This document shows positions 1-8,309 of a stretch of 29,776 nt of DNA, in pieces. The translations under genes were made by a program, and so were the position numbers. Source of the DNA: a virus (lineage: Duplodnaviria; Caudoviricetes); the IMG/VR virus record IMGVR_UViG_3300035526_000041, positions 1-29,776 of that record; one strand, given 5' to 3'. Positions within the stretch are counted from its first letter, which is position 1; each line of letters starts with the position of its first letter. Under the pieces are notes generated by a model. It saw nothing but the letters and a program-made list of their open reading frames with translations. It did not search any database and was not told the origin of the DNA.

Positions 1-127
1 GTTAGAATGAAAACTTAAAAAAGTATGTTACTGATGAATTGGGGTTAAAGCATACTTTCCATAACTGTATATGGGCATTGATACACTTTTTTGAAAAATT
101 TTATAAAAAAAAGGATGATAATTAATT
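1..127 (+). repeat. Terminal direct repeat, copy 1 (identical to 29650-29776)
   Basis: GTTAGAATGAAAAC...GATAATTAATT at both ends; 127 bp equals a common assembler k-mer, so probably circular overlap. Confidence 0.97.
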
Positions 128-651
128 TATTTTTGATTGTTAGTTACATTTGTGATTTCTGCAAGTTGTATTCCATAATATTTCTCTAATTCGGGGCGGA
201 ACGTTTCAAGTGCTTTTTCTGCAAATTCTCTAGAATTGAAATAAATAGTTCCAAATGACCTATTCCAATCAAGTTCAATACTTAATCTACCACAAGATCC
301 AAATATAAAAAATTTTCCTCCAAAATGATTCCAGTCGATTGGATCGTTTAATTCTCTAAATCTTTTCATTTTTCTTTTTAGTATCGTTTCGGCTGATTCT
401 TCTTCTGCTTTTTCTATCGTTGAAAAGTAGTTTCCTACATTATATCTACTGTCATCAATCAAATTAAAGTTATTATCCGTATCCTGACGAGCAACCCCCT
501 CATCATCAAGGAAATAATACGTTTTATCAGGTAATCTTTCCCAACCGGTTAATTTAGCCGGTTTTTCAGCATCTAATAATTTTAAAAGTCCTTCATCAGT
601 CAGTTCAACTCTTATTTCATTTCCATTTTCAAGTTTTAAAAGTCCTTTCAT
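127..651 (-). CDS. Hypothetical protein resembling an uncharacterised family in bacterial phages
   Basis: 174 aa; YYFLD...GNYFSTIEKAE...IDW...IYFNSREFAEKALE pattern; GGTGA SD upstream. Confidence 0.8.
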   Translation of the reverse strand: MKGLLKLENGNEIRVELTDEGLLKLLDAEKPAKLTGWERLPDKTYYFLDDEGVARQDTDNNFNLIDDSRYNVGNYFSTIEKAEEESAETILKRKMKRFRELNDPIDWNHFGGKFFIFGSCGRLSIELDWNRSFGTIYFNSREFAEKALETFRPELEKYYGIQLAEITNVTNNQK

Positions 652-657
652 TGTTTT

Positions 658-891
658 TCACCGTCCAATCTTATTTCTTGCCCTCAAAAAACTATTCAAA
701 TCAACAATTTCAAGAAAACTGGCAAAATATTCAATCTTTTCTTTTATTTCTTCTCCCATTTTGAAGCGTTTTGTTGGGATTTCGCAGATAAGTGCGGAAT
801 GCTTTCCAATTATCCGCACTTTTCTTGGCAGTACAACAATTTTTACATTGCTGTATTTTTCTTGTTTGCCGTTGTATGTTAGGTTGCACAT
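658..891 (-). CDS. Hypothetical protein (77 aa)
   Basis: ATG at 891 overlaps upstream stop (TAATG), GGAG upstream; in tightly packed operon. Confidence 0.7.
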   Translation of the reverse strand: MCNLTYNGKQEKYSNVKIVVLPRKVRIIGKHSALICEIPTKRFKMGEEIKEKIEYFASFLEIVDLNSFLRARNKIGR

Positions 892-1319
892 TAACAATCT
901 CCACCGACAAGTTCATAATGGTATACTGAATATTCAAAAGGCACTAAATGATATTTAAACCAATATTCAACTGTTTCAATAACTTCTTCATTGGTTTTAC
1001 ATTGTTTAATTGCATTATCTATTTTCTTATGTATTTCAGAAGTTAGCCTTTCGTTGTCAAATAATTCATCTTCACAAGCCATTTCATCTTCAAACATTTC
1101 TATCATCGACTCTAATGGATTTTCTTTTATATATTCATTCCATTTGAATAATCCTATCCAATCCTCGCATTTTACAATATCAAAAAAATCAAACGTATCT
1201 TCGAGTTTTTCAGCACCACAAATTTTCCAATTGTGATTATAAGGGCAGTCCTCCAAATTATGGCAATAATCACAAGTTGGGAATTCACAGTCCCTATCTA
1301 ATTTAATAATTTTACCCAT
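891..1319 (-). CDS. Acidic hypothetical protein with Cys-rich, probably Zn-binding N-terminus
   Basis: CEFPTCDYCHNLEDC...C; AGGTGA SD. Confidence 0.8.
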   Translation of the reverse strand: MGKIIKLDRDCEFPTCDYCHNLEDCPYNHNWKICGAEKLEDTFDFFDIVKCEDWIGLFKWNEYIKENPLESMIEMFEDEMACEDELFDNERLTSEIHKKIDNAIKQCKTNEEVIETVEYWFKYHLVPFEYSVYHYELVGGDC

Positions 1320-1616
1320 TTAAATCACCTTTTCTTCATACCAAGTTATTCCACACCAGCCGTCAATGAACGAAACATCTCGAACCGACCGGACAAAACT
1401 ATTTTCAGGCATCTCTTTTTGAACGATTTTGATTAACAGTTCTCCTGGATTAAGCCGTCTTTTTGAATATCTTTCAAGCATTGAAAACCGTTCATCTGCC
1501 GGATCAACTTTTCTAAATGTGTTGTTTTTGTTGTCCGTTGCTTCTTTCCAGTACATCTGCCCTGTCGATTTGAATGTTACTTTCTCAGGCATTGCTCCTG
1601 ATTGCAATTGGTTCAT
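1320..1616 (-). CDS. Hypothetical protein, possibly ASCH/PUA-like
   Basis: 98 aa; FKS...E...K..TFR..D..DERF and beta-rich C-terminus loosely resemble ASCH; ATGA overlap and AGGTGA SD. Fold call is weak. Confidence 0.7.
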   Translation of the reverse strand: MNQLQSGAMPEKVTFKSTGQMYWKEATDNKNNTFRKVDPADERFSMLERYSKRRLNPGELLIKIVQKEMPENSFVRSVRDVSFIDGWCGITWYEEKVI

Positions 1617-1822
1617 TCGTTTTCACCTATTTTCTTAATGATTTTGTAGCATTCCAGGAGTTTTGCCATGAAAATATCGTCCTTTGAAACTCCAGGTTTT
1701 AAATTTTTGCATTCTTCGGCTCTTAATCTTTTGTACTCGTGGGCTGTTGCAGTGTTGCACCTGATGCCCAACTGCACCATTTTTTTCTTTTCATTTGTTT
1801 TTTCAGTCGCTTCATTTTCCAT
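1613..1822 (-). CDS. Putative ribbon-helix-helix DNA-binding protein
   Basis: 69 aa; alternating strand MVQLGIRC then two helices; first gene after divergent promoter; GAGG SD. Confidence 0.6.
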   Translation of the reverse strand: MENEATEKTNEKKKMVQLGIRCNTATAHEYKRLRAEECKNLKPGVSKDDIFMAKLLECYKIIKKIGENE

Positions 1823-1864
1823 TTTTCGTACCTCTCTTTGATATTTAATTTTATTTGTTATTAT

Positions 1865-1900
1865 GGTATTTATAGTTATGTTAGTAAACTATATATAGTA
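1865..1900. promoter_or_regulatory. Back-to-back archaeal TATA boxes (divergent early promoter)
   Basis: TATAAATA on minus strand (1867-1874) and AAAC-TATATATA on plus strand (1886-1897) between divergent genes. Confidence 0.65.
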
Positions 1901-1943
1901 TGATAATAGATGTATTCTTAGAAGTAAAACGAGGAGATTAATT

Positions 1944-2219
1944 ATGAACGCAAAACTTGAACAAATTAACAAATTATACCAAAACGCAAAAGAACTCGAA
2001 GACATGATCACTACATTAGCAGTTGCAGACGAAAACCCTGAAAATGAGGAAAAATGGGACGAAAAAATCCAAAAAACAATTGATAATAGAATTGCTGTTG
2101 AAAGATTAGCAATTGAATTAGGGTGTGAACAATGTCCTTCATGTCACAAATATTATGAAAATACTGATAATTGGCATTATAATGGGGATTCATACGTATG
2201 CCCAAAATGCGATAGATAA
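1944..2219 (+). CDS. Coiled-coil protein with C-terminal C4 zinc finger; frame stays open past the TAA to 2360
   Basis: GAGGAG SD; CPSC...CPKC. Confidence 0.85.
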   Translation: MNAKLEQINKLYQNAKELEDMITTLAVADENPENEEKWDEKIQKTIDNRIAVERLAIELGCEQCPSCHKYYENTDNWHYNGDSYVCPKCDR

Positions 2220-2356
2220 TTAACTGAAGAAAAAAAACAAGATATTCGAAAAAGGATATGGGATAATAAAGCAAGAAGAAGGAGAATTGAAATTCCAAGG
2301 AATACTAATTGCAAATGTTTTGTATGGGTAACTTCTGAAGATGAAAAAGTGAAACA

Positions 2357-2491
2357 ATGAACCAACACAGGCAAACAGTAGAAGACATCTTTCTTCACGT
2401 GAAATGTGAAGTAGAAAACGAAAAGAAGCCGTTTAAACCTTGGCTTCCTTTCAGCATTGACGAAAATGAAAAACATTTTACAGGGCGATAG
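2357..2491 (+). CDS. Small hypothetical protein (44 aa), not in ORF track
   Basis: MNQHRQTVEDIFLHVKCEVENEKKPFKPWLPFSIDENEKHFTGR; AGTGA SD-like motif; fills operon gap. Confidence 0.55.
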   Translation: MNQHRQTVEDIFLHVKCEVENEKKPFKPWLPFSIDENEKHFTGR

Positions 2492-2493
2492 AA

Positions 2494-2556
2494 ATGGATA
2501 ACAAAAAAGTATTTGATGCATTCTACAGGCCGTACAATGCACAAAAGGGGCGATAA
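2494..2556 (+). CDS. Possible 20-aa micro-ORF
   Basis: MDNKKVFDAFYRPYNAQKGR; preceded by GGGCGAT, the same SD variant as the next gene; fills the gap exactly. Confidence 0.35.
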   Translation: MDNKKVFDAFYRPYNAQKGR

Positions 2557-2557
2557 A

Positions 2558-2737
2558 ATGGGAATAATCGCAAGGATACTAACAAAAACCGTGCAGACTG
2601 ACGAATTAAAACCTGGAATCAGATCGGCGGAAAACATTGCCGGAACGACAATCAAAGCCGGCAAAAGACTGACAGAAAACAACATTAACACGCTTCACGA
2701 CCGGAGAATCTGGAAGATTGAAGTTTACAGGATTTAA
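2558..2737 (+). CDS. Small protein (59 aa) resembling the N-terminal accessory domain of HD-GYP proteins
   Basis: TDELKPGIRSAENI...IKAGKRLTENNINTLHDRRIWKIEV; GGGGCGAT SD. Confidence 0.7.
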   Translation: MGIIARILTKTVQTDELKPGIRSAENIAGTTIKAGKRLTENNINTLHDRRIWKIEVYRI

Positions 2738-2777
2738 AAAAGGTGATAAATATATCGCATTATTAAAAAAATAATTA

Positions 2778-3323
2778 TTAATTAATTAAACTGATATCAT
2801 CCTCATTCAGCGTTATATCATAACCTACATTCGCAGGGGTTGAAGTACTGGGATTAGTTATTTTTAAAAGATAAACCGTATTTGGTTTTAATTTCCAGCC
2901 CCTTTGAGTAGTATTTGAAAATCCTTGCGAAGTTGGGCCACCGGATCCCCCACCAATTAATAATTGATGCAATAATGTTCCTTCATCGGTTACCGTTGGA
3001 TTATATAGCCCTACTGCTTCGATAGTCTGAGTGCTATTTCTATTTTGATTTACAATGTTTAATGCAGTTCCTGTTTCAGCGGTGATTGTTGCATCTTCAA
3101 AGAAATCCATATAAATATTTCCAATTATTGAATTTAACTCTGCGGTTCTAATTGTTGCATATTTTGAACCAGTCTGACAGGAAAGATATATTGAAGTATC
3201 TGCTGCAATGGTTTTTCTTTCTCCAATTGTGAATAATTTTCCTATTGAATTAAGAAATGCGTCATAAGTTACAGTTACATTTGCAATGCTTACATTATTA
3301 ATGGCTTTTAGTTGTTCGGGCAT
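2778..3323 (-). CDS. Beta-rich putative virion/tail-associated protein
   Basis: Last gene of structural operon; Thr/Ser/Gly-rich; N.NR.S and LKPNTVYLLKITN motifs recalled from phage structural hypotheticals; GAGGTGG SD. Confidence 0.75.
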   Translation of the reverse strand: MPEQLKAINNVSIANVTVTYDAFLNSIGKLFTIGERKTIAADTSIYLSCQTGSKYATIRTAELNSIIGNIYMDFFEDATITAETGTALNIVNQNRNSTQTIEAVGLYNPTVTDEGTLLHQLLIGGGSGGPTSQGFSNTTQRGWKLKPNTVYLLKITNPSTSTPANVGYDITLNEDDISLIN

Positions 3324-3338
3324 GAGTCCACCTCAGAG

Positions 3339-4457
3339 TTATGCAGTTTTTAACTGCTCGAATTCTTCGAATTTTCTTTTCAATGCATCTGAAAGTGTGG
3401 GTTCAGGATCTCCAAATACTGCGTTTAATTCAAAACCATTTGAGCTATAATTTTCAGTTACTTCTGAAACTCGTAAATCAAGCTGTTTGTTATATTTTTT
3501 TGAATTGATTGTTACAATATCCCCTAAATTCCATTTAACCCTATATTCTGTAGCAGTGCCTTTTATTGACCTAATAGAAACTGGCAAAGATATCGCCTTT
3601 TCATATTTGGTTAACTGCTCGGTTCCGTAATCTTCAAGCTTGTCTGAATCGTAAGAAGAAGCATCGATAAATATCTCTTTTCGATTCCAGCCTGTTGCGG
3701 TTCCTACTTCATCAATTATTCTATCAACACCATCCCCTGAACCGCCAATGATGCCATAATTCTTATAGTTCTTCTTTGAAACTGCATAACCTTGTTCTGA
3801 AACATTGCCAAAATCTTTAGAAAATATAACCCTTTCGTTTACGCTCTGGCTTACACTCCTGTCCGTTCCTGAAAAGACATCATATTTTAATTTCTTACTA
3901 ATCTTATCAAAATAGATGTTATGCCCTAACGAATAAGCGTATGCAAGGTTGTTTATTTCTGAAAGATTTTCATAACGCATTTGATAATATATTTCATCGC
4001 CTAAACTTTTATCTATTTCAATTTCAAAGTTAGAAATGGTTCTATTTGCGTCAGTTGGTGCAGTTATACAGTTTGCCACATAATGCTTCATTACAGTTTC
4101 AACATTATCTGTTATTGCATCATATTCGTTTCCAGTAGTTGGAAAAACAGTTCTACTATTAAGTAACGACAATCCAAGATTTCCTTGTATTGTAAACTGT
4201 TCTTTTATTCCGTCCTGCTGTTTTTCACTGTCTTTTAAATCATTAATCAAACCAATATTTCCATCATCAAAAACTACAAAGTTATCATCATCTTCAAGTT
4301 GTGAAAGAATAGTTGAATTAAAAGGCAGTTCAAAACCAAAAGTTCCAGGATAGAAAAAGTTTTTTGTAAGCGTTAAGCTAGTAAGATTCTTAATAACGTT
4401 CAAAAGGTCCATATCTCGATTAAAAATTGAAATTGAAGGAAGTGAATATCTTTCCAT
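3339..4457 (-). CDS. Baseplate hub/Tal-like protein, Siphovirus ReqiPepy6 Gp37-like family
   Basis: ETVMKHYV, GTDRS..Q..N.RVIFS.DF.N, YKNY.IIGG.G.G..R, R.E.FIDA and WNLGDIVTI motifs; GAGTGAT SD before ATG 4457. Confidence 0.85.
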   Translation of the reverse strand: MERYSLPSISIFNRDMDLLNVIKNLTSLTLTKNFFYPGTFGFELPFNSTILSQLEDDDNFVVFDDGNIGLINDLKDSEKQQDGIKEQFTIQGNLGLSLLNSRTVFPTTGNEYDAITDNVETVMKHYVANCITAPTDANRTISNFEIEIDKSLGDEIYYQMRYENLSEINNLAYAYSLGHNIYFDKISKKLKYDVFSGTDRSVSQSVNERVIFSKDFGNVSEQGYAVSKKNYKNYGIIGGSGDGVDRIIDEVGTATGWNRKEIFIDASSYDSDKLEDYGTEQLTKYEKAISLPVSIRSIKGTATEYRVKWNLGDIVTINSKKYNKQLDLRVSEVTENYSSNGFELNAVFGDPEPTLSDALKRKFEEFEQLKTA

Positions 4458-4470
4458 GATTATCACTCAA

Positions 4471-5502
4471 TTATACATATCTTATTTCAATGTCGGCCAC
4501 ACATCCTGCTGTGGCAGCTAAAAAGTCTAAATAATTAGCCCCTCCAATAGTTATCTCAGAGGTTATATCTATCCAGTCAGAATCAGTATCTTCAATGCCG
4601 GTACCATATGGGCCATGTGTATCCGTTCCATTAACGCGTAATGTTAATCCATTTGGAAATGCAGCAGGTGCAGTTACAACTCCAGAACCTACCTCAGTAG
4701 CTGATGTTGAGGCTTGTACTGCATTTCCTGTGTCATAATAATAGGTATAATAATATGTATGGTTATGTGTTCCGTGTGAGTGTGTTTGTACTGTTGCACT
4801 TGGTTTTCTACCAAATACCCTAATTTCAACGGTTACGGTTCCGGTAGGGATTGAAAAGTATATTTTTTCATCGTAAGTTGTATTAATTACCCCTGTTGTT
4901 TTCGCAATTAACTTTGAATTGTTTGCAACCATTGAATTATATCGTGCAATTAATGATCCAATTTGAGCATCCTGATTTGCAGCATAATACGGGCCACAAA
5001 CGGAAGTATCGCTTCTTTCATCAGTAATTTTATCAGCGGCGATTACTGAAACGCCGGCTGTAACATAAACTTGAGCTAAAGATAAATCATAAATATTACC
5101 TGTTCTAACAATATCGGGGGCAACTGGTGAAGCCGCAGGAGTTCCAGTTATAACTGTTAATTTTATAGGGCTGTCTTCCGTTGAAACCTTGTTTAACCTT
5201 AAAACTACCCTATCAATCCTATCATTTGTTGCATCTGCATCTGCAATTGTTAAAGATTGGGGAGAAGTTAATTGATACCATCTTCCTTCAATTGCCGCCC
5301 TACCTACTCCTGAAGTAGAATCAACATTAACAGATACAGTCATTCCTGAACCATCTGCGGTTACTTCCATGTGTGTACCTTCGGTTGTCATTAAACCGCT
5401 TGTAATTAGTGTGGCTAACAAATTAGTCCAATCACTAGCCGAATATTTTCTAGTTGTAGTTTCCGAAGTATCAAAAAATCCTGAGAATTCCGTCTGAACC
5501 AT
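4471..5502 (-). CDS. Receptor-binding/tail fibre protein with Firmicutes-phage-type N-terminal anchoring domain
   Basis: SGFFD...RIDRVVLRL...GTPAASPVAP...YDLSLAQVYV.AG...ITDER.D..VCG; HxH motifs in C-terminal part. Confidence 0.8.
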   Translation of the reverse strand: MVQTEFSGFFDTSETTTRKYSASDWTNLLATLITSGLMTTEGTHMEVTADGSGMTVSVNVDSTSGVGRAAIEGRWYQLTSPQSLTIADADATNDRIDRVVLRLNKVSTEDSPIKLTVITGTPAASPVAPDIVRTGNIYDLSLAQVYVTAGVSVIAADKITDERSDTSVCGPYYAANQDAQIGSLIARYNSMVANNSKLIAKTTGVINTTYDEKIYFSIPTGTVTVEIRVFGRKPSATVQTHSHGTHNHTYYYTYYYDTGNAVQASTSATEVGSGVVTAPAAFPNGLTLRVNGTDTHGPYGTGIEDTDSDWIDITSEITIGGANYLDFLAATAGCVADIEIRYV

Positions 5503-8309
5503 TATTCCACCATATTATACTTTTTATTATATTCGATTTCAACCTTTGCACTTTCATCTGAATCCGTCGTAGAAAATGATATTATATTATTTCCAATGTA
5601 TAATTTTATCATATCCATGTTATTTATATCTAAGTAGTTAAATGCATCAGTTTCGACTCCAGTCACTAAATTAACTATTTTAGCGTAAACATTTAATAAA
5701 TCAGTGTTAAATTCAAGATATTCAAACTGAGTTAAAGCCCTGTCTAATTTTAAAGTTTCTCCGTAAGTGTCATTTGAAACAGTTGCATCTGTTGCAGGGC
5801 CATAAAATCTAACTAAAACTGGAAGATCTGCATCGCTATCATTATTTATAGTTACGCTTGATAATCTTGTTCCGAATTCAACATCCGGAAGTGTGAAAGG
5901 GAACGAAAACAACGGCACAACATCCCCTAACGTGGTCTGAGTTGTAGGTATTAAATTCCAATAAGGATTTGGTGCGATTAATTCAACATTAAATAGTCGA
6001 GTATATTCGGTTTTATCAGTAGGTTCATTTGATTTCTTAGGGATTCGTACGTAACAAGGTAATTCATATATATTACTCTCTGAATCGATGTATATAAGTT
6101 TTCCTTGGCCATAATTAGGGTTAAATACTTTTTTACAATTATCAACTAATGTCTTCATTGTATTTTCACTATTTTCAGTTGATAAAACTAAATTCATTGT
6201 AAAATCGAGCTGTTCTTCATTTTTTCCAGTTACAGTTACGCCTTGCTGGCCTAATGATTGAACGGTTGAATATTTTGTTTTTACTGCATTAATTCCCGAT
6301 ATCGAATTAATAATATATTCTGCATTTCGATTTGATGAAAATGTTAATTCATCACCATCCGCATTTTCAAAACATATTACTGGGCTAAATGTATCAAAAT
6401 TAATCGTATCAATAACATTTAAAACGTTTCCGTTTGTATCAATAATTGTCCAGAGTGCAATGTTTAAACCTGGATTTAAATAAATTGTTCCGCTGTAAAT
6501 ATCCTCTAAATTTGTAAGTGTTTGCGAAATCCCATTTATTTGCAATGTTATCGCTGATGCATCATAAACACCTGAATATCTTGCAGTTATTGTATTTTTT
6601 CTTTGGTATGTAATCAAACTATCCGTTGTTCTTTCAAATACATAATTTAATAACGTAACTGTAAAACTTTCGGAAGTTGTGGCCCCTAAATTATCTGTTG
6701 CGGTTACTGAAATCGTATTTGAATATGCGGTAAGCATTATTTGTGCCGAATATTGATTACTTCCAATTGAAGTCATTTGGTAATCTATTCCATTATAATT
6801 CGCTGAAACAGAACTTATTCCTTCATCGTCAGTTGCGGAAACGATTAATGTATAATTTTGCATAAGCCCTTCGCTATCCGAAATTAAGGTTATTGTTGAA
6901 TCTGCATTTAATTTTGTAACTGAAATCGTAGTTGAAAAGCCATACCAACCTTCCGGCCCCATAGCTTCGATGCGGATTAGGTTATCCCCATAAACAAGCG
7001 GTACAGTTCCGCTGTATTCATTAGGGTTGGCTGTTGCAGTCATTTCGTAAGCCCCTGCAACGCTTAGGTTAATGATTTTAGCGTACTGGAAATCATCCGT
7101 TTCAACTGTTGCAGTAACGGTAAGGCTGTTTTCTGTTGTTGTGCTAGGATAAGTTCCAACAAGCGTTACAGTTGGCCTGTCATCAGCCAAACCAATTCCA
7201 ATTACTGTTTTTGTCGTTGATGTTGTTGAATTTCCCCATTCATCTTCGGCATAGATTTGAAGGTAATTGTAACCAATATCGATATCAACAGTTGCTTCAT
7301 ATACATTAAGCGAACCCGTTACTTTCGTCATTGTAATTGGGGTTTCGCTGTTCTTTTGAAGTGTAATTGTTGGGATTGCTGATTCATCTGTTACTTCGGC
7401 ATATATTTTTCTTGTAATTGGTATTTCTGGACTCGAACTACTTGCATATTCAGTACTATCTTCCCATATCACGACTGGAGGAGTTTCATCGAAATATACT
7501 TGTATGCTTTCGGAAGTGCTTGAAATGAAACCATAAGGAATCGTAAAATCAATCTGATAATCCGTCAATGCTCCATAAGTTGTTATTGTATATTTCAAAG
7601 TGTTTTCATCAATAATAGTTGGTTCTGAAACTGTTGGTTCTGTTTCTACTGCTTTTGCGATTACTATGTAATCTATTGCACATTTTCCTTCGGACATTGC
7701 GATTCCTAAGTATCCACTTGAATAAGCTGATGAAGTAGCAGATATATCACCTAAATCTGTGTTAAATTCATAAGAAGTTCCAACTTTCTTAAATTCGATT
7801 TCGTAATCCACGTCTTTGGAAACTGTAACCGATGAAGTTTGTAGTATTGAAGAAGTCTCCCTAATTTGGATATTATTATCTCTATCCTGTATCCATCCCC
7901 CGACTCCATCAAGGGCGTATGCAGTATATGATCCATCAGTCATCAGCCATATTACTGTTCGTCCATCTTCACCTGATACAGTCTGAATCTTTCCTTTTGA
8001 TAATATCCTAAAATCATCATAAGTATTCGATTTTGTTAATATACTTCTCCATTGCGAGTTATTCTCACCTACCATATAGCATCGTCCGTCTGCAACAGTT
8101 ACCGACCCGCTTCCTGCTGTATCCCATTTTGTAGAATCAAGGGCTGTTCCTGAAAATTCATCCCCCAATATAAAAGTATTATCTATTGAAGGAGTCTGTC
8201 CACTTGCTACTTTCACGTACACGCCATAAGTTCCTGCACCTGCAAATGACATTTTCGACCATAATTTTTCAACGTTTTCAATCCAGTAAGGTTTATACGT
8301 TTGAGTCAT
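5502..8309 (-). CDS. Distal tail protein (Dit) fused to N-terminal DUF2341/lectin-like domain and four Ig-like repeats
   Basis: C-terminal ~290 aa carries Dit motifs (VFNP..G.GKLIY, APNPYW, FSFPF, GNNIISF); N-terminal PYWIE...DEFSG..LDSTKW; four ~90-aa beta repeats with G.N.I.I.A.D..G; directly follows tape measure. Confidence 0.85.
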   Translation of the reverse strand: MTQTYKPYWIENVEKLWSKMSFAGAGTYGVYVKVASGQTPSIDNTFILGDEFSGTALDSTKWDTAGSGSVTVADGRCYMVGENNSQWRSILTKSNTYDDFRILSKGKIQTVSGEDGRTVIWLMTDGSYTAYALDGVGGWIQDRDNNIQIRETSSILQTSSVTVSKDVDYEIEFKKVGTSYEFNTDLGDISATSSAYSSGYLGIAMSEGKCAIDYIVIAKAVETEPTVSEPTIIDENTLKYTITTYGALTDYQIDFTIPYGFISSTSESIQVYFDETPPVVIWEDSTEYASSSSPEIPITRKIYAEVTDESAIPTITLQKNSETPITMTKVTGSLNVYEATVDIDIGYNYLQIYAEDEWGNSTTSTTKTVIGIGLADDRPTVTLVGTYPSTTTENSLTVTATVETDDFQYAKIINLSVAGAYEMTATANPNEYSGTVPLVYGDNLIRIEAMGPEGWYGFSTTISVTKLNADSTITLISDSEGLMQNYTLIVSATDDEGISSVSANYNGIDYQMTSIGSNQYSAQIMLTAYSNTISVTATDNLGATTSESFTVTLLNYVFERTTDSLITYQRKNTITARYSGVYDASAITLQINGISQTLTNLEDIYSGTIYLNPGLNIALWTIIDTNGNVLNVIDTINFDTFSPVICFENADGDELTFSSNRNAEYIINSISGINAVKTKYSTVQSLGQQGVTVTGKNEEQLDFTMNLVLSTENSENTMKTLVDNCKKVFNPNYGQGKLIYIDSESNIYELPCYVRIPKKSNEPTDKTEYTRLFNVELIAPNPYWNLIPTTQTTLGDVVPLFSFPFTLPDVEFGTRLSSVTINNDSDADLPVLVRFYGPATDATVSNDTYGETLKLDRALTQFEYLEFNTDLLNVYAKIVNLVTGVETDAFNYLDINNMDMIKLYIGNNIISFSTTDSDESAKVEIEYNKKYNMVE

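Noticed and set aside
4471-8309. Diversity-generating retroelement acting on tail adhesins
   Set aside because: No reverse transcriptase gene and no template/variable repeat pair seen
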